Notes: generated by a model not told the origin, from the letters alone. Positions 27,614-40,505 are shown, counted from the stretch's first letter. The stretch is 64,000 nt of DNA from Octopus vulgaris (GCA_951406725.2 OX597829.1:33108001-33172000); one strand, 5' to 3'. A program made the numbers and translations.

Positions 27614-28149
27614 TATGTATATATACGTGTATATATATATATATATATGTAAATGTATGTATATATATATATAACTTGGTCCCACCAGTAATTTTTAAAC
27701 ACCAAGTAATTTAAACTATAGATTTTTTTTCATCTTCACACACAAATATTTTCGTAAATGAAGAAAAATATATTCTTTGTGAAGCTTTATTGAAAAAAAT
27801 TCAACATAATTGGTTAACATTTTTTCAAGGATATATGTATGTATATATGTAAAAAGTGAGGAAAACCAGATGGAAACAAACACTAAACTACAGCTATTTA
27901 AATTTTTTTTTAACATATATTTTTAAATTCTGATTTTAGTAATAGCATAACATTTCTTTTGGCATAGTAGTTTTAGTAGCCAACAAATACTCAATTTCTA
28001 TTAATATGAAAAATCAAAAAGGAAAAAAAAACCTTTGAGAACAAGAACCACTTGTGGTTCTTAGTGAAAGAGCTTGAACTTGTCAAGCTAATATATATAA
28101 GTTGAAGGGAATAGATCAGAACTGATATTCAATACATATACACGGACAA

Positions 28150-28540
28150 AGTGTGTGGTAAGTAGTTTGCTTACCAACTACATGGTTCCAGGTTCAGTTC
28201 CACTGCGTGGCACCTTGGACAAGTGTTTTCTACTATAGCCCCGGGCCAACCAAAGCCTTGTGAGTGGATTTGGTAGGCAGAAACTGAAAGAAGCCCATCG
28301 TATATATGCATATGTGTGTGTGTGTATAGATATATGTTTATTTGTCTGTGTTTGTGCTCCCAACATTGCTTGACAACCGATGCTGGTGTGTTTACGTCCC
28401 CGTAACTTAGCGGTTCAGCAAAAGAGACCGATAGAATAAGTACTAGGCTTACAAAGAATAAGTCCTAGGGTCGATTTGCTCGACTAAAGGCGGTGCTCCA
28501 GCATGGCCACAGTCAAATGACTGAAACAAGTAAAAGAGTA
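28150..28540 (+). mobile_element. tRNA-derived SINE, near full length (octopus-type)
   Basis: GGTTCAGTTCCACTGCGTGGCACCTTGG head, central (TG)n, 3' end GGTGCTCCAGCATGGCCACAGTCAAATGACTGAAACAAGTAAAAGAGTA; several copies in window. Confidence 0.85.
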
Positions 28541-29648
28541 TCTTTTATCAACAGCAATTAGTTTTGATAATATCAACTGCCTGCTTCGGTGTGCATATGC
28601 ACGTGTGTGTGTGTGTGTGTATAACTATGTTTGGGATGAATTTATCCCAAGTTGTTCTGTAAGTAGTCATAACAAATAACTCCATCTCAATGTTTCACAA
28701 CTCAGTTGTATCATACACAATACATGCACACAAAACTTAGTGCTAGAAGAATATTCCTTCAGTTAGCTACAGGAATATTCAGATATAATAACCAGACAAT
28801 TCTCTTAAACTTGTTAAAAGCATGATGAAAAAGAGAGGAAGATTAGGTTAATAGTAATCTCTCCACAAGTACCATCAAATTTGCTTGCTTTAGTAGCAGC
28901 TCCTTAGGTGGAATATCCAAGTTGGCAAAAACAACACTAATAATTTGAGATAGACAATTACAAAGGGAGGGGTGGGAATAATTTAATTTTTAAACTTGAA
29001 AAATAAAGAAATATTCTTTTTAGATATATCCTTTCAGATCTGGCAGTAGAACAAAAAGGACTAGTATATATTATAGATCACTAGCTTTTTTTTTATATAT
29101 ATTTATAAAGGCTACACAGTCAAAAAATAAACATTTAAAATTTTCTCATGTATTTCAAATAAATTTATTTACATTTAATATCAAGAGGTAAAAAGATGTA
29201 ACACAATTTCTAAATATATATAGCTAAACCAAATTTGCAAAAATCTATATGGATTTAAAATACAGAGTAACATTCAAATACACCGATTAAAAATAAATTC
29301 AAAAATGTCTAAAATGGAGGGAAACAGATACAAGCAAAAATAAGGGAAGAAAAAGTAAAATACAAATAAGTCAATACTGGGAGGAAAATATATTTTCTTC
29401 GAAATGTACAAATTTAATGTGATCTTTCAAGTTAACTTTGGTACTGCTTTTAAGAGCAAAAAGCCACCACAGAACAATTTAAATAGTGACAGCATTAATT
29501 CAGAGGCAAAAATACATAACACTGATTTGACAGTTCTCAAAACAGCGCTTGAAAACAAAATACTAGTGCTGAAGATCAGCAGTACCAAGATCAATTAGCA
29601 TAACTGAAATCTGTAAATAAACATGGGAAAAAGTAACGAAATATAGAT

Positions 29649-29957
29649 CTATGTAATATATAAAGTGTCTAGAACAAGAACATGATGGTTGTTTTTAGCA
29701 AGTGTAACTATATAACCTTCAGATGTTATATTGAGACCACAACAACGACTAACTTTGACATAAGGACACTCAAATTCTCCTATAAGAGACCCATCAGATT
29801 GGAATACAGCAACATGAAAGCGGTTACCATGACTGTCTCCAACCAAAACATCTCCAGCATCACTGATGTCAATTCCATTCGGGTAATTTGTGATACTTTC
29901 ACATCCGATACGTCTCAGAAACTGCCCTTCCTCATTGAATACAACAACACAGTGTCC
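29649..29957 (-). CDS. mei-P26: TRIM-NHL protein (mei-P26/NHL-2-like), coding exon 11, terminal NHL repeats
   Basis: ttttAG acceptor at 29958-29959; [18 protein letters not shown]...[24 protein letters not shown]...[39 protein letters not shown]. Confidence 0.95.
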   Translation of the reverse strand, partial: GHCVVVFNEEGQFLRRIGCESITNYPNGIDISDAGDVLVGDSHGNRFHVAVFQSDGSLIGEFECPYVKVSRCCGLNITSEGYIVTLAKNNHHVLVLDTLYIT

Positions 29958-30219
29958 CTAAAAATAGAACATAAATTGCAATTTAGATTAAAATACCATC
30001 CCAGTACAACAATTTGTATGAAGACAAGGTTTAATAAAAATCTATACTATCATTCAAATTAGTCAACTTAGCTCTTATTGAGAGTTGTTTGTTCAATGAT
30101 AAATAACAATGTCAATTGGGATTAAATTAGAAAACTATTTTTGTAGAAACAAACCATCATAAAAATTACATTAATTAATGCTAAAATTTTAGGAAACTAT
30201 AGTAACAATATATAATTAC

Positions 30220-30371
30220 CTTGAAATCACAGACAAAATATTCTTTTCCACTAATAGCAATGTCAGATGGTTCACGCATATAATCACTGCAGTCAAACCA
30301 TTTAATCAGGTCTCCAGTTTCAGCAATACAAAACACCGTTGGCGAGACACTGTCCACAGCAACAATGTGAC
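30220..30371 (-). CDS. mei-P26: mei-P26-like coding exon 10 (NHL)
   Basis: AG/GTaatt; (G)[50 protein letters not shown]; 152 nt. Confidence 0.95.
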
Positions 30372-31800
30372 CTAAATAAAATATCAAACATATTAACTAA
30401 TAGAATAGTAACATAAATACAAAACATATAATAGAAATCTAAATTTCAGAATCATTCTCATTATGTGAATGATGGGAAGCAATAGCAAACACTCATTAAT
30501 AAAGGAGATGTAACCTATCTTTCAAAATTAAAATATTTTTAACTACTTTCCTCTCATTTTTTCCCAACCAAAGCCAAGTTAATACAGGCATAAAGAAATG
30601 TGCTCATCTAAGGAGGAAACACAACTTTGGGTCTTGTTTTTATTGAAATTTGACCACATTTTTACACCATAAATTCTTTTATACTCCACCAATTTTGAAG
30701 AGGTTTACAAAATTACCTTCATTTTATTGAAATCTTTTAAGTGTAATTAAAACAAAAATATAAAAATTAAGAAACTATACTGCTTAAAAGTAGCAGTTCT
30801 GTGTTATTCTACAGTTAAATACATTTTATTGAAGTTTTTTTTTTTTTCCCAACCAATGTTCTATTATATAAAAAGGTAGGGAAGCACTGGTCATTTACAA
30901 TAAACTTAACATTTACATTTGGTCAAAACTAAGGAGCATAGTAGTGGCTGCAAAAATATTGAATGCAGACTAAGATTCTGTGTGTGTGTATGTGTGAAAA
31001 TTAATACACACATGTATATACCATGATCCCTTATTTCTCTTCCTCTCTTTATGCTTCTCTAATTCTTTCCTTTTTCTTTTCCTTATAATCATACTTAATC
31101 ACCCCTTACTTTACCTACTGGTCAAATATCTCTATAGTAAGACACCTATCTTTATTCTTTAACCCCTCACCTGGCACACAGCCACTTCCCTCAGTTACAC
31201 TCCCTCTCTCAGTTGAGCACATCACCATCTCTATCTCTCCGACTGGGGTAACCAACTATCTCCTTTACAGCAAGACATGTTTCTGTCTCTTTATCATAGT
31301 TTAACCTATCATCACCTAGCACAAAGCCACCTCACTTACTTCTACTCTCCCTCTTAACTGAGGGATCTTTGTCTTGCAAGTTATTTGGTGACCTTGCTGG
31401 TACTGTTGCCACATAAAAAGTACCCAGCATACTTTGTAAAGTGGTTGACATAGGGAGGGCATCCAGCTGCAAAAATCAAGCCAAAGCAGACAAAGAAGCT
31501 TGTGCAACTTGCCGGCTGCTCCTGTCAAATTGAGTGACTCATGACAACATGGAAGATAGACATTATTAGATGATGATGATGTTCTCCAAATTTTTGGTTA
31601 ATCTCCTCCATCCTCAATATCAATTTAAATAAACATATCAAATTAATTTCAATTAATAACAGCGCTTTTTCTGATGTAATTAACTGAATCAACTGAGTAT
31701 ATAACAGATACCTTTTAATAATTTTATATTGAATAAAAATAGAAGAAAATTGTATTGATATATACAAAATATAAAAACAAGACAATAACAAAAATTTTAC

Positions 31801-31989
31801 CTTGTTGAGTAATTGCTAAACCAGCAACAATGTCAATGTAACGGATGGCAATTTTCCTGATAAAGTGTCCATTTTTAGTGAAAATTTGCATACGGGATCT
31901 TTCATTTCCTCTGTCACAAACAACATATTTTCCAGTATTTCTCATGACAGCAACTTTCCTCGGGTACCAAAGCTGACCTTCATCTCTTC
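31801..31989 (-). CDS. mei-P26: mei-P26-like coding exon 9 (NHL)
   Basis: ccAG/GTaaaa; (G)[36 protein letters not shown]...[12 protein letters not shown](G); 189 nt. Confidence 0.95.
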
Positions 31990-32081
31990 CTGGAAGCATT
32001 GAAGAAAAATAAATCATATAGTGGCATCTAAATGTCAAGTTACTTAATCATATTCAACTGATAAAAAGTATTAAGCTATAC

Positions 32082-32242
32082 CTGGTATTCCAAACTGGTA
32101 CTTAAATTCTCCATTTTTTTCAAAAACTTGTATACGATGATTGTTTGTATCAGCAACAATAATGTCTTCTTCAAGACCCAAACAGAAGCCATGAGGAGAA
32201 TTAAACTGTCCTTTGCCAGGCCCCAACTGCCCAAATTTGCAC
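32082..32242 (-). CDS. mei-P26: mei-P26-like coding exon 8 (first NHL repeat)
   Basis: tgtAG/GTatag; (R)[40 protein letters not shown]...FGIP(G); 161 nt. Confidence 0.95.
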
Positions 32243-32399
32243 CTACAGAAAAAAAACAAAAGAAAATATAAGAAACCATGTTATTACCACCTCCAACATA
32301 AAGTACTGGACTTATTAGAAATGTGAATAGCATAACACAAAAGCAACAGAATTCTAGAATTCCTTAAAATGTTTTGTTTCGAAAGTTGGAAAGTTTCTC

Positions 32400-33200
32400 C
32401 CACAATGCAGATCACTGGAAATGCTCTCATTAAATTCCCTCAGAGCTGCATAGGCAGCAACATGCTTGTTCTTGTGGAAGTTGTCAAGAGCTTTACCTTT
32501 GGACATAATGTGTGATTTTAATTAATGCTTCTATGTACACATCAAGTGCAACTTAGCATTTCAGTATTCCAAGTGGACCTAAAACTGAGATCTCGGACTA
32601 CTTTCTCTCTCTGGCCTTGTTACTGTTGCTTTAAAAGCAAAGGTGTCTTCACTTTCTTTTTTGGAAGCAACTGCAGTGCTGTGTGTCCATTGACTGCAAT
32701 TTGAGTGTCATACACAGCACTGCAATATTTGTCTTCAAGCCTGTCACAGAGTGTCTGTCACAGAGTGTGATGAACCTGTTGTGTACTACAACAGTAAACT
32801 CCTCATAGTTGAGCAACACTGATATCATTCCCCACTCAATTTGTTTCATAGGAACTGGTGGTGTTCTTGCAGTAACATAAAACAATTCCATGCTAAGATA
32901 TAAAGCCCTCGAAATTGTTCTATTCACATGTATTTTTGATGTTAATCCATTTTTTTCTAGCTAAGATATAGTCCACTTGAGCACAGCTGTTATAGTGATG
33001 ACTATGTCTAGAGTTTACCTGAATGGTTCTAAAAGCTGCATCTCTAAAATGTATCCTGCATAAATGGCTCATCATGTTTTGGCAATCCTGCAGATTTATG
33101 ATGCCAAATGCTATACACACAAGTTCTTCCTTCTTGGTCAGCATCCTCATATTGAAAATGTTGACAATAAAGTACATTTACACTAGAAGACTATGACTGC
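32400..33200 (-). mobile_element. degraded LINE endonuclease remnant
   Basis: QVDYILARKKWINIKN resembles the AP-endonuclease IDYIL motif; heavily decayed. Confidence 0.45.
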
Positions 33201-34036
33201 AGCATCTAGATCTACATCAGGTTTGGGCAGTCTTTGAGGATTTAAAAATATTGTATCATAATTATCGGGAACCAATGCTGACTCAAAGGCTGATGACATC
33301 AATTCAGGAACTGATTCTGGTGTCATCACATCTTTTCCATTTGCTGATAGTTATATTGAGGATTCAACTTCAGCAAACCTGCTCTGTTGGAGCTGATCCT
33401 TTGGCCTTTAATGGCCATAATCTACAAGGCAGCAGCTTCTATTGTCTTTATGTTTACCCTGTAGCTTTTAGACTCTAAGGTTCCTCCTGTAAAGCAGCAA
33501 TTACTAACTAACCCTAGCTAGTTATAGAGTACTGCTTAATCAAGGACTATACTGGATTGAAATCATTTTGTAATACAGTTTATTCTGCAACTGTTGCAGG
33601 AGCTTCAGATCCTCATCCAAAATGTTCTGAGAGTCATAGTTGTTAAAAAGTAACTGCATTTTTTTCAATATTTAGGATTTCTCAACCTTAGACCCTGGCA
33701 CCTGGTGCTATTTAAAATCATACCCAGGATATTAACTTTCATCATCAAGCCAAAACTGGAATACAGATAAAAGTCAAATTAGTAATTAAAATTATTGACG
33801 GTTCCTTAAACTGAATGTTGAGTAATTAAGATAATTTGTCTAAACTAACATCATCATTTTAACATCCTCTTTTCCATGTTGCAAAGTAATATATAAAACA
33901 AAAAGGTCAAGCTGATGTTAAATTACTAAGATCTTATATACACTTATTCTTTCAATTTTTTTTTCTTTCTTGTAAGTAAAAAAAATTCAATAAATGCACA
34001 TTCTCCAAGGAATTTAAAAAAAAAAAAAAGACATAC

Positions 34037-34145
34037 CTTATTTGCATAGGGCTCATTTTGTTACTTCTGCGAATAGGAGGATATGGTGGAGATATATTTG
34101 TAGGAAAATTATTACTAGATGCACTAGAAGTATTTGATATTGATC
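34037..34145 (-). CDS. mei-P26: mei-P26-like coding exon 7
   Basis: tctAG/GTatgt; (G)SISNTSSASSNNFPTNISPPYPPIRRSNKMSPMQI(R); 109 nt, phase 1/2 fits both neighbours. Confidence 0.9.
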
Positions 34146-34224
34146 CTAGAAAGAGAAAAAATTTCATGAACATTTTCCTTTAAATTGTTGCAAAATATAT
34201 TCTGAATGGAAATTTAAACAAAAA

Positions 34225-34438
34225 TGGTTTCAAATCTTAGCATAAGGCCACCAATTTTGTGGAAAGGTGCAGGTCAATAATACCGACCTAGTGTTCAGCT
34301 GGTACTTATTTTATCAACCACAAAAGGACAAAGAGTATAGTTGATCCTATCAAAATTTGAACTCAGAATGTCAAGTCAGAAGAAATGTTGCTTTGCATAT
34401 TTTCCAGCACAGTGACAATTCTGCCAGCTCACTACCTT
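34225..34438 (-). mobile_element. SINE (Meta-like core), degraded
   Basis: reverse-complement similarity to 34525-34736; same orientation as 41470-41683. Confidence 0.75.
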
Positions 34439-34524
34439 AGAATTGATAATATTGACACAAATAATACTAATGAATGTAGAAATGCCGAGTGCTAGATGAA
34501 CTTGTAATATTAAAGTATAATGGT

Positions 34525-34736
34525 CAAGGCAACGAGCTGGCAGAATCATTAGCACGCTGGGCAAAACACTTAGCATTTAACCTGTCTCTATGTTCTGAAC
34601 TTAAATGCTGCTGAAATCAACTTTGCGTTTCATCCTTCTATGGTCAATAAAAGAAGTACCAGTTAACCACAGGGGTCAATGTAATCGACTTACCCACTAC
34701 CCTGAAATTGCTGGCCTTGTGTTAAAATTTGAAGCC
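34525..34736 (+). mobile_element. SINE (Meta-like core) with 19-bp target-site duplication
   Basis: AAGGCAACGAGCTGGCAGAATC head, TTTCATCCTTC core; TSD AATATTAAAGTATAATGGT at 34506-34524 and 34737-34755. Confidence 0.88.
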
Positions 34737-35664
34737 AATATTAAAGTATAATGGTTGCATGTTGCAAAGAGAAATAGTATGAGGAAGTCATTTCACACAA
34801 AAGGGCTTATAATCATCATATTATCTTAACTACACAGCAAGCCTACTTCATTTTGTTTCTTAAATTTTTCAAGCGAAGCCACTTCATATTCCAACTAAGT
34901 AAAATTTTTCCCATCTTTTTTAACCAACAAAAAAAAATTGAAAGTAACTGAATGTCATGCATCCAAGATAAAAGCAATTATTCCATGCATGCTCACAATG
35001 TTTCCTGCTTTCTTTGGTCAGTTTTTGTAGTAGACCATAGGATATTAGCCTCTCACTCAACCAACCTACCCAGTTCTATTTCTTGAAACCAGTCCTCTAC
35101 AATCCTCCCTTTACCTTACAATCATTTGATTCACATATTTACATAATACATTTTCACATATTACATAATATCAGAACTGGAGTGAAACTACCAATTTTGG
35201 CCTAAAGAATGCAAACCAAATGTCTCGAATGATAAAAATTGTGCCAGACAAATTAGATATTAAAAAAATTCTAATTTTGGGTTTAATTATCTTCAGAATC
35301 AATTCTGATAAGGCTGTCAAACTCCTTGTTTTCTCACACTAACAATATGATATTCACTTTATTCTAACACTTAACTCCTATTTTTATCTTCATTGCTCTG
35401 CTTTATAAAGAAAACTTCAAATCATAAATAAACTGGTTCAACCTATTTGAACAATTCAGAAATAACGAAGAGATACCAATGTTAAATTTAAACTAATGAA
35501 ATAGTTTTAGGATTCTACTTAAACCTATCTTGTAAAATTTGGGATTTAGTGAAAGCTACACTGTATAACTGGGTTTTAATTTTCATATGATTTGTCACTT
35601 TTAGAAATAAAACAAAACAGTAAAGAATTTAATTATAAAATATACCAAAAAGTTAGCAACAGAC

Positions 35665-35979
35665 CTGATGTAGAAGTTGAATTTATATTGGTGAGTGAAT
35701 TCATTATCCCCATGTTACCAAGTCCACTTAAGCTTCCTAAATTTCCCAAGTTGTTGATCATGTTTGTTGATGGCGTCTGATTTAAAAATCCCACTAGTGT
35801 ATCTATATTTGATAAATTTGTGGTTGGAAGAGGTGAAGTTGTAGCAGTTGGACTAAGTATATTGGCAAGAGTGGAATCAGTTTGAGAAACTGGCGTTTCA
35901 GTCCTACTTCCAGAAGTAGTTAGTCCATTTACAGTTATGTTCAATCCAGAAACAATGTGTTCATTCAAAGAGAGTTGTC
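35665..35979 (-). CDS. mei-P26: mei-P26-like coding exon 6 (S/T/N-rich linker)
   Basis: tttAG/GTctgt; (G)QLSLNEHIVSGLNITVNG...NINSTSTS(G); 315 nt, phase 1/1. Confidence 0.85.
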
Positions 35980-36099
35980 CTAAACAAAAACAAAAAACTT
36001 TTTTTAATCGATTTTAAGATAAAAAAAATTCTTTAAAAATATCCTGTTACAAGACATGAAAAGGAATTAGATAGTTGTGTAGAGCCAACCCTAAAAAGG

Positions 36100-36240
36100 C
36101 TGTGTACTCCAAAGTGATTATGAATAGTTGTTGTATAGATGAAAATATAGAAATATGAACTCCACAGTAATTATGAATAGCTTCATGTAGCCATCACAAA
36201 AAAGATGTGTGTGCTCCAGAGTAATTATGAATAGCTTGCC
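36100..36240. repeat. degenerate ~53-54 bp minisatellite, 3 copies
   Basis: CTCCA(A/C/G)AGT(G/A)ATTATGAATAG at 36107, 36160 and 36214. Confidence 0.75.
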
Positions 36241-36727
36241 AGTTAACCAGCACTGGAGAATGCTCTAAAGTTATTACTTATGCCAATATATGACTGACAT
36301 TTTTCCATAGGTGGGATATTTTTTGTACATTTAGAAATTTACAATATTAAAATTGATGGTACATATTTTCAAATAACACAAGAAGCTGGAAATAATAGGT
36401 TGCACAGAGGTACAGGCAAAATAGCTGAATACCTTTGTGTTACATTATTAGACACATTTTTGTTAATTTTGAAGATATGTTCTATGACTCTATAGTAAAA
36501 TTAAAGCAGTTAGGTGACAAAGAGAGCACCTACAAGAGCCAAACAATTTATCTTTCAATCTACTGAAGTCTGTATTTATATATACTAGAGCATATTCACA
36601 CATCAATACTTCAATGCAAAAATTAGTATTTTACAAATGAAAAACAAAGTTAAGTATTCACTTTTTAATCTTCACATTTCAGTAAATCAGTCAAGAAATT
36701 TAATAAAAAAAAAACATCAATGCTTAC

Positions 36728-37085
36728 CTCGTCCTAGTTTTGTCATATCATGGTAAAGTGGGGCACTTGGTGCACTATTAGTACTAGCAGCATCAACTGA
36801 AATGCCGCTATCGGACATAGCAGGACTGTGAGAGCTACGTGACAGGCTGTTTTCAGGAATGTTGTGTGCACCAGTGATTGCAACTCCCATTGGGGAAGAA
36901 TCAGATGATGACATGTGCAATGAATTAAAATGAGATCCCCCAGTAATAGGTACTGGTGTAACTGCATGCATATTGGAAAATTCTGAAGTAGATACTTGAG
37001 GCAACTCCGGACTCAGTACACCAGTGGGCAGACTGAAGCCTTCATGTTCAAATGATGAATGAAGAGATGATATTGGATTTTCAAT
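36728..37085 (-). CDS. mei-P26: mei-P26-like coding exon 5 (Ser-rich linker)
   Basis: tacAG/GTaagc; IENPISSLHSSFEHEGF...SDSGISVDAAS...TKLGR(G); 358 nt, open throughout. Confidence 0.88.
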
Positions 37086-39213
37086 CTGTAAAGAAATCGA
37101 AATAAAATAACATTATTAATGTCGATTTGATATATAGAGAAAATATATGCTTACACATGGTTGTACAGTTAAGAAGTTGGCCTCATGACCACATGGCTTT
37201 GGGCCCAGTCCCTACTGCATGAAACATTAGGCAAGTATCTTCTATTATAGCTCTGTGCCAATCAATGCCTTGTAAGTGAATCTGGTAGATGGAAACTGCA
37301 CATATATTGCACAAGCATCATGTTGCTTGACAAAGATTGGTGTGTCTGCATCACACTCAAATTCACCAAATAGTCACTATAAAAGAGCTATCAGTTTCAA
37401 CTAGTTTCTCCTAAAATTGGTGGTAAAAGGGGTCAATAGGGCTAACTCTGTAGAAGCAGACAGTTTATTCATTCGTTCACTTTTACATCCATTTTTCTAT
37501 GCTGGATGTGCTAGATGAATATATTACCTGAGTGTTGTTTTACTATCAGTTAGTCTCCCTATTGCTAACCCTTACCTGTTTCTCAAGTAAGGGAATATAT
37601 ATCATGTTGTTGAAGGTGCCAAGCAAGCATATATATTTTGATCTCCGAGAAATGACACTAACATTGCCACAAGTAGCTTGTAATTTTCAGAGAAGTGCAA
37701 ATGTAAAGACAGACAACTTATATATATTATTATTATTCACACAATCTTTCAGTCTCTGTGTACCAAATACTTTTAAAGCTTTGGTCAGTCAAGAGCTGCA
37801 GTAGTAAAAAGAAACACTTGCCCCAGGACTAAACCTAAAACCATACAGTTGAAAGTGAAATTCTTATGGTCGTGCCTATTTATTTTTATTTCTGCATGTA
37901 ATAACATTAACAATTTTATAAATACACATATACATGCTATATATATTTTAAGTGGGATTTGGAAAATCTGAAGATTTTAACAGAAAGCAAAATACCTCAA
38001 TCTCCCACAGAGTAGAAGAGTGATTTCTTAATTTGAAGGAGTTGAATATTAAATACAATATTAAAAAGGAAAATTGACAAGTTTTTGTGTCAATAGTCAT
38101 CATCACAAGAGACTACAAAAAGGCCTATAATTGTATAGGATAGAGTCTACTGTGACACCATCAGACATTACCTGCATGGAATTAAAAGTACAACACTAAT
38201 TAAATTAAATTTTTCTATCCAGTTTTTAAAATTGTCATCAGTGTTTCCTCACCACTAAGTTTTCTGAAATGAATCAGCTCAACTTAAATGTTAAATCAAC
38301 TTTTTCACATTTCTGATTCCACTGTGAGCTCTAATAGTTTTCAAAATTCTGAATTGCTGAAGGAGACCTTTAACTTATATTGGGTATATCTGAATAAGCT
38401 GCACAGGAATGTGTCAGACAGATTTTCTTTTCTTACAATAGCAGACTGGCTATTCAACCCCACTCCGAGATACAAGGAATGAGAAAGCAGAAATGGACAT
38501 AAAATTATACTCCTTATACTCCTAAAAAGTTAAACTTGGATTTTTGGTTACAAAAATACTTTTCTCATCAGTAACTTACCCTCTGGAACTAAGTTAAGAT
38601 GTGCTTAATTACTTTCCCAACATCATATTTAGTAAACTGAACTTCAATGCATTGTCCAGTGATTTCCAAGAAGAGAAAGAAACTGATAATTATTTAACCT
38701 AGAGATTCAAGACAACTTATTAGTGCCTTCCCACTTGATACTAAAAAGTCTGTGTCCCTCACTAAGTACACTCATTTCATAAAAAAGTGTAAAGACAATG
38801 TAGATACAAATAAAATGTAAATATTTCCTTTCATATTGCTAAATAAATTGGTTTGCTATAATATTGTTTTAAATTTGCAGCATACTTAATAAGGAAGAGG
38901 TGTGTATACATTCTATGTATAATTACAGAGTGGAGGTATTGGGAGCTAAAGAGCCAAGAAGTTGGGGAACTATTTGGCTGGGGTGGGGCTGGATATTAAA
39001 TCAACGTTTTACTTTTGTTATTACAATATTAATAAATTAACCCATGTATTTATTAATATTATGAATGCTAGAGTTAGTTCTGCTCGTAAAAACTGTTTCA
39101 TGCACATTTTAAACTGAATTATTATCTACGATACTTATTTCTAACTTAAATACTGAAAACAAAATCATAAAACACTCTATTATAAGCCAATTTAAAAACA
39201 AATAATATAGGAC

Positions 39214-39534
39214 CTTTGGGTCATTTGCATTCACCAGCTGAATGGAACCAAATGTTTTTCGGATGGCTTCAGTAAATACAATGTCATTTGTCTTGAACTC
39301 AATAGTTCTATTCAAATCTGGCTTTGGATTGTTGTTAAAAAGATATAGCATCTGATTGACAATGACTTTATGTAACATGAGTATTTGATAGCTGTTCCCA
39401 TTTTTCATAACACGTTCTGCAAATTTACTTCCATCTTCTATCTTCTCAATTTTCTTCCCAACATTATGACACATTTCTATTATAGACATTTCTTGAGCAG
39501 CATGGATTTCTTCTAAGTCCTTTAATAATTCATC
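39214..39534 (-). CDS. mei-P26: mei-P26-like coding exon 4 (coiled coil); donor could instead be at 39235
   Basis: tatAG acceptor; DELLKDLEEIHAAQEMSIIEMCHNVGKKIEKIEDGSKFAERVM...; two in-frame GT donors. Confidence 0.88.
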
Positions 39535-39689
39535 CTATAAAATATTAGAAACATGAAATTAAATATAATCAAAGGATATATTTCACTTTCAAATTTAAAA
39601 CTGGACAAGAGAAATGATGCTATGTCTTCAAAATTAATATCACATAAGCCTTCAATCCATAACACAAGTTATCCATAACATTGTTTTAC

Positions 39690-40442
39690 ATTTATTGGGT
39701 GATATCGATCAATTTTTACCTGCTGATTTCAAAAATTACAAAGAAATTACCATTTCACAGAGTTTCTTCACAAAATCGATCGTTGCATTTTACCATTATC
39801 TCAGAATTTAACTATTGTCTTTTATCATTACCATAATAGCCTAAAACTGTATATCTAAAAGGTGTAATTTGGAAAAATAAATATCTGGCAATGTTCAGAC
39901 CATTTCAGCTACACAAAGGTACCTGCATCACTGTAGCTTCAGTCACTCACAAGCAGTAAGAAGAGAGACAGGCTTTAAAATGTCTTGTTGCTTAGGTTAA
40001 AACGTTTTTTTTCTTTTTGGTTAGTTATTTCCTCATGCCTTTTTTCAATTTATATATATATATATATATATATATACTACAAACATTGTTTCATTGTATA
40101 TGTTATATTTCAATGCTTCTTTAATATTATGTAAACATTTAGATGGTAAATCAACATATACTGTAAATAATGTCCACTCCCTTACAAATCTCCTTATCAT
40201 TTGAAGCAAGGATGTCTTGTAGAAATAAGCCTGGGCAACTTTTGTTACATTTGAAGCAAGATTATGATTTAAAAAGCATCTGAGAAATATTACAAAATTT
40301 GTCAAAAAATCTTGCTTTGCCTACTTTGGTATGAAAGACCAAGATAAGAAGTGGGCTCCTCATAAAGCCTGTTCAATCTATGTTGAAGAAGACAATGGAC
40401 AAAATATACAAAGAAGTTTTTTTCCCTTTTAGGATTCCAATG

Positions 40443-40504
<62 letters not shown>

Positions 40505-40505
40505 C

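Noticed and set aside
29185-29190. let-7 6-mer seed match in the mei-P26-like 3' UTR
   Set aside because: A single 6-mer is expected by chance in a multi-kb UTR
29682-30062. 126-aa antisense ORF over the last NHL exon
   Set aside because: Shadow ORF of a conserved coding exon with no recognisable protein features
36100-36240. CRISPR-like repeat/spacer appearance
   Set aside because: Eukaryotic intron, only 3 imperfect repeats, partly homologous spacers, no cas genes
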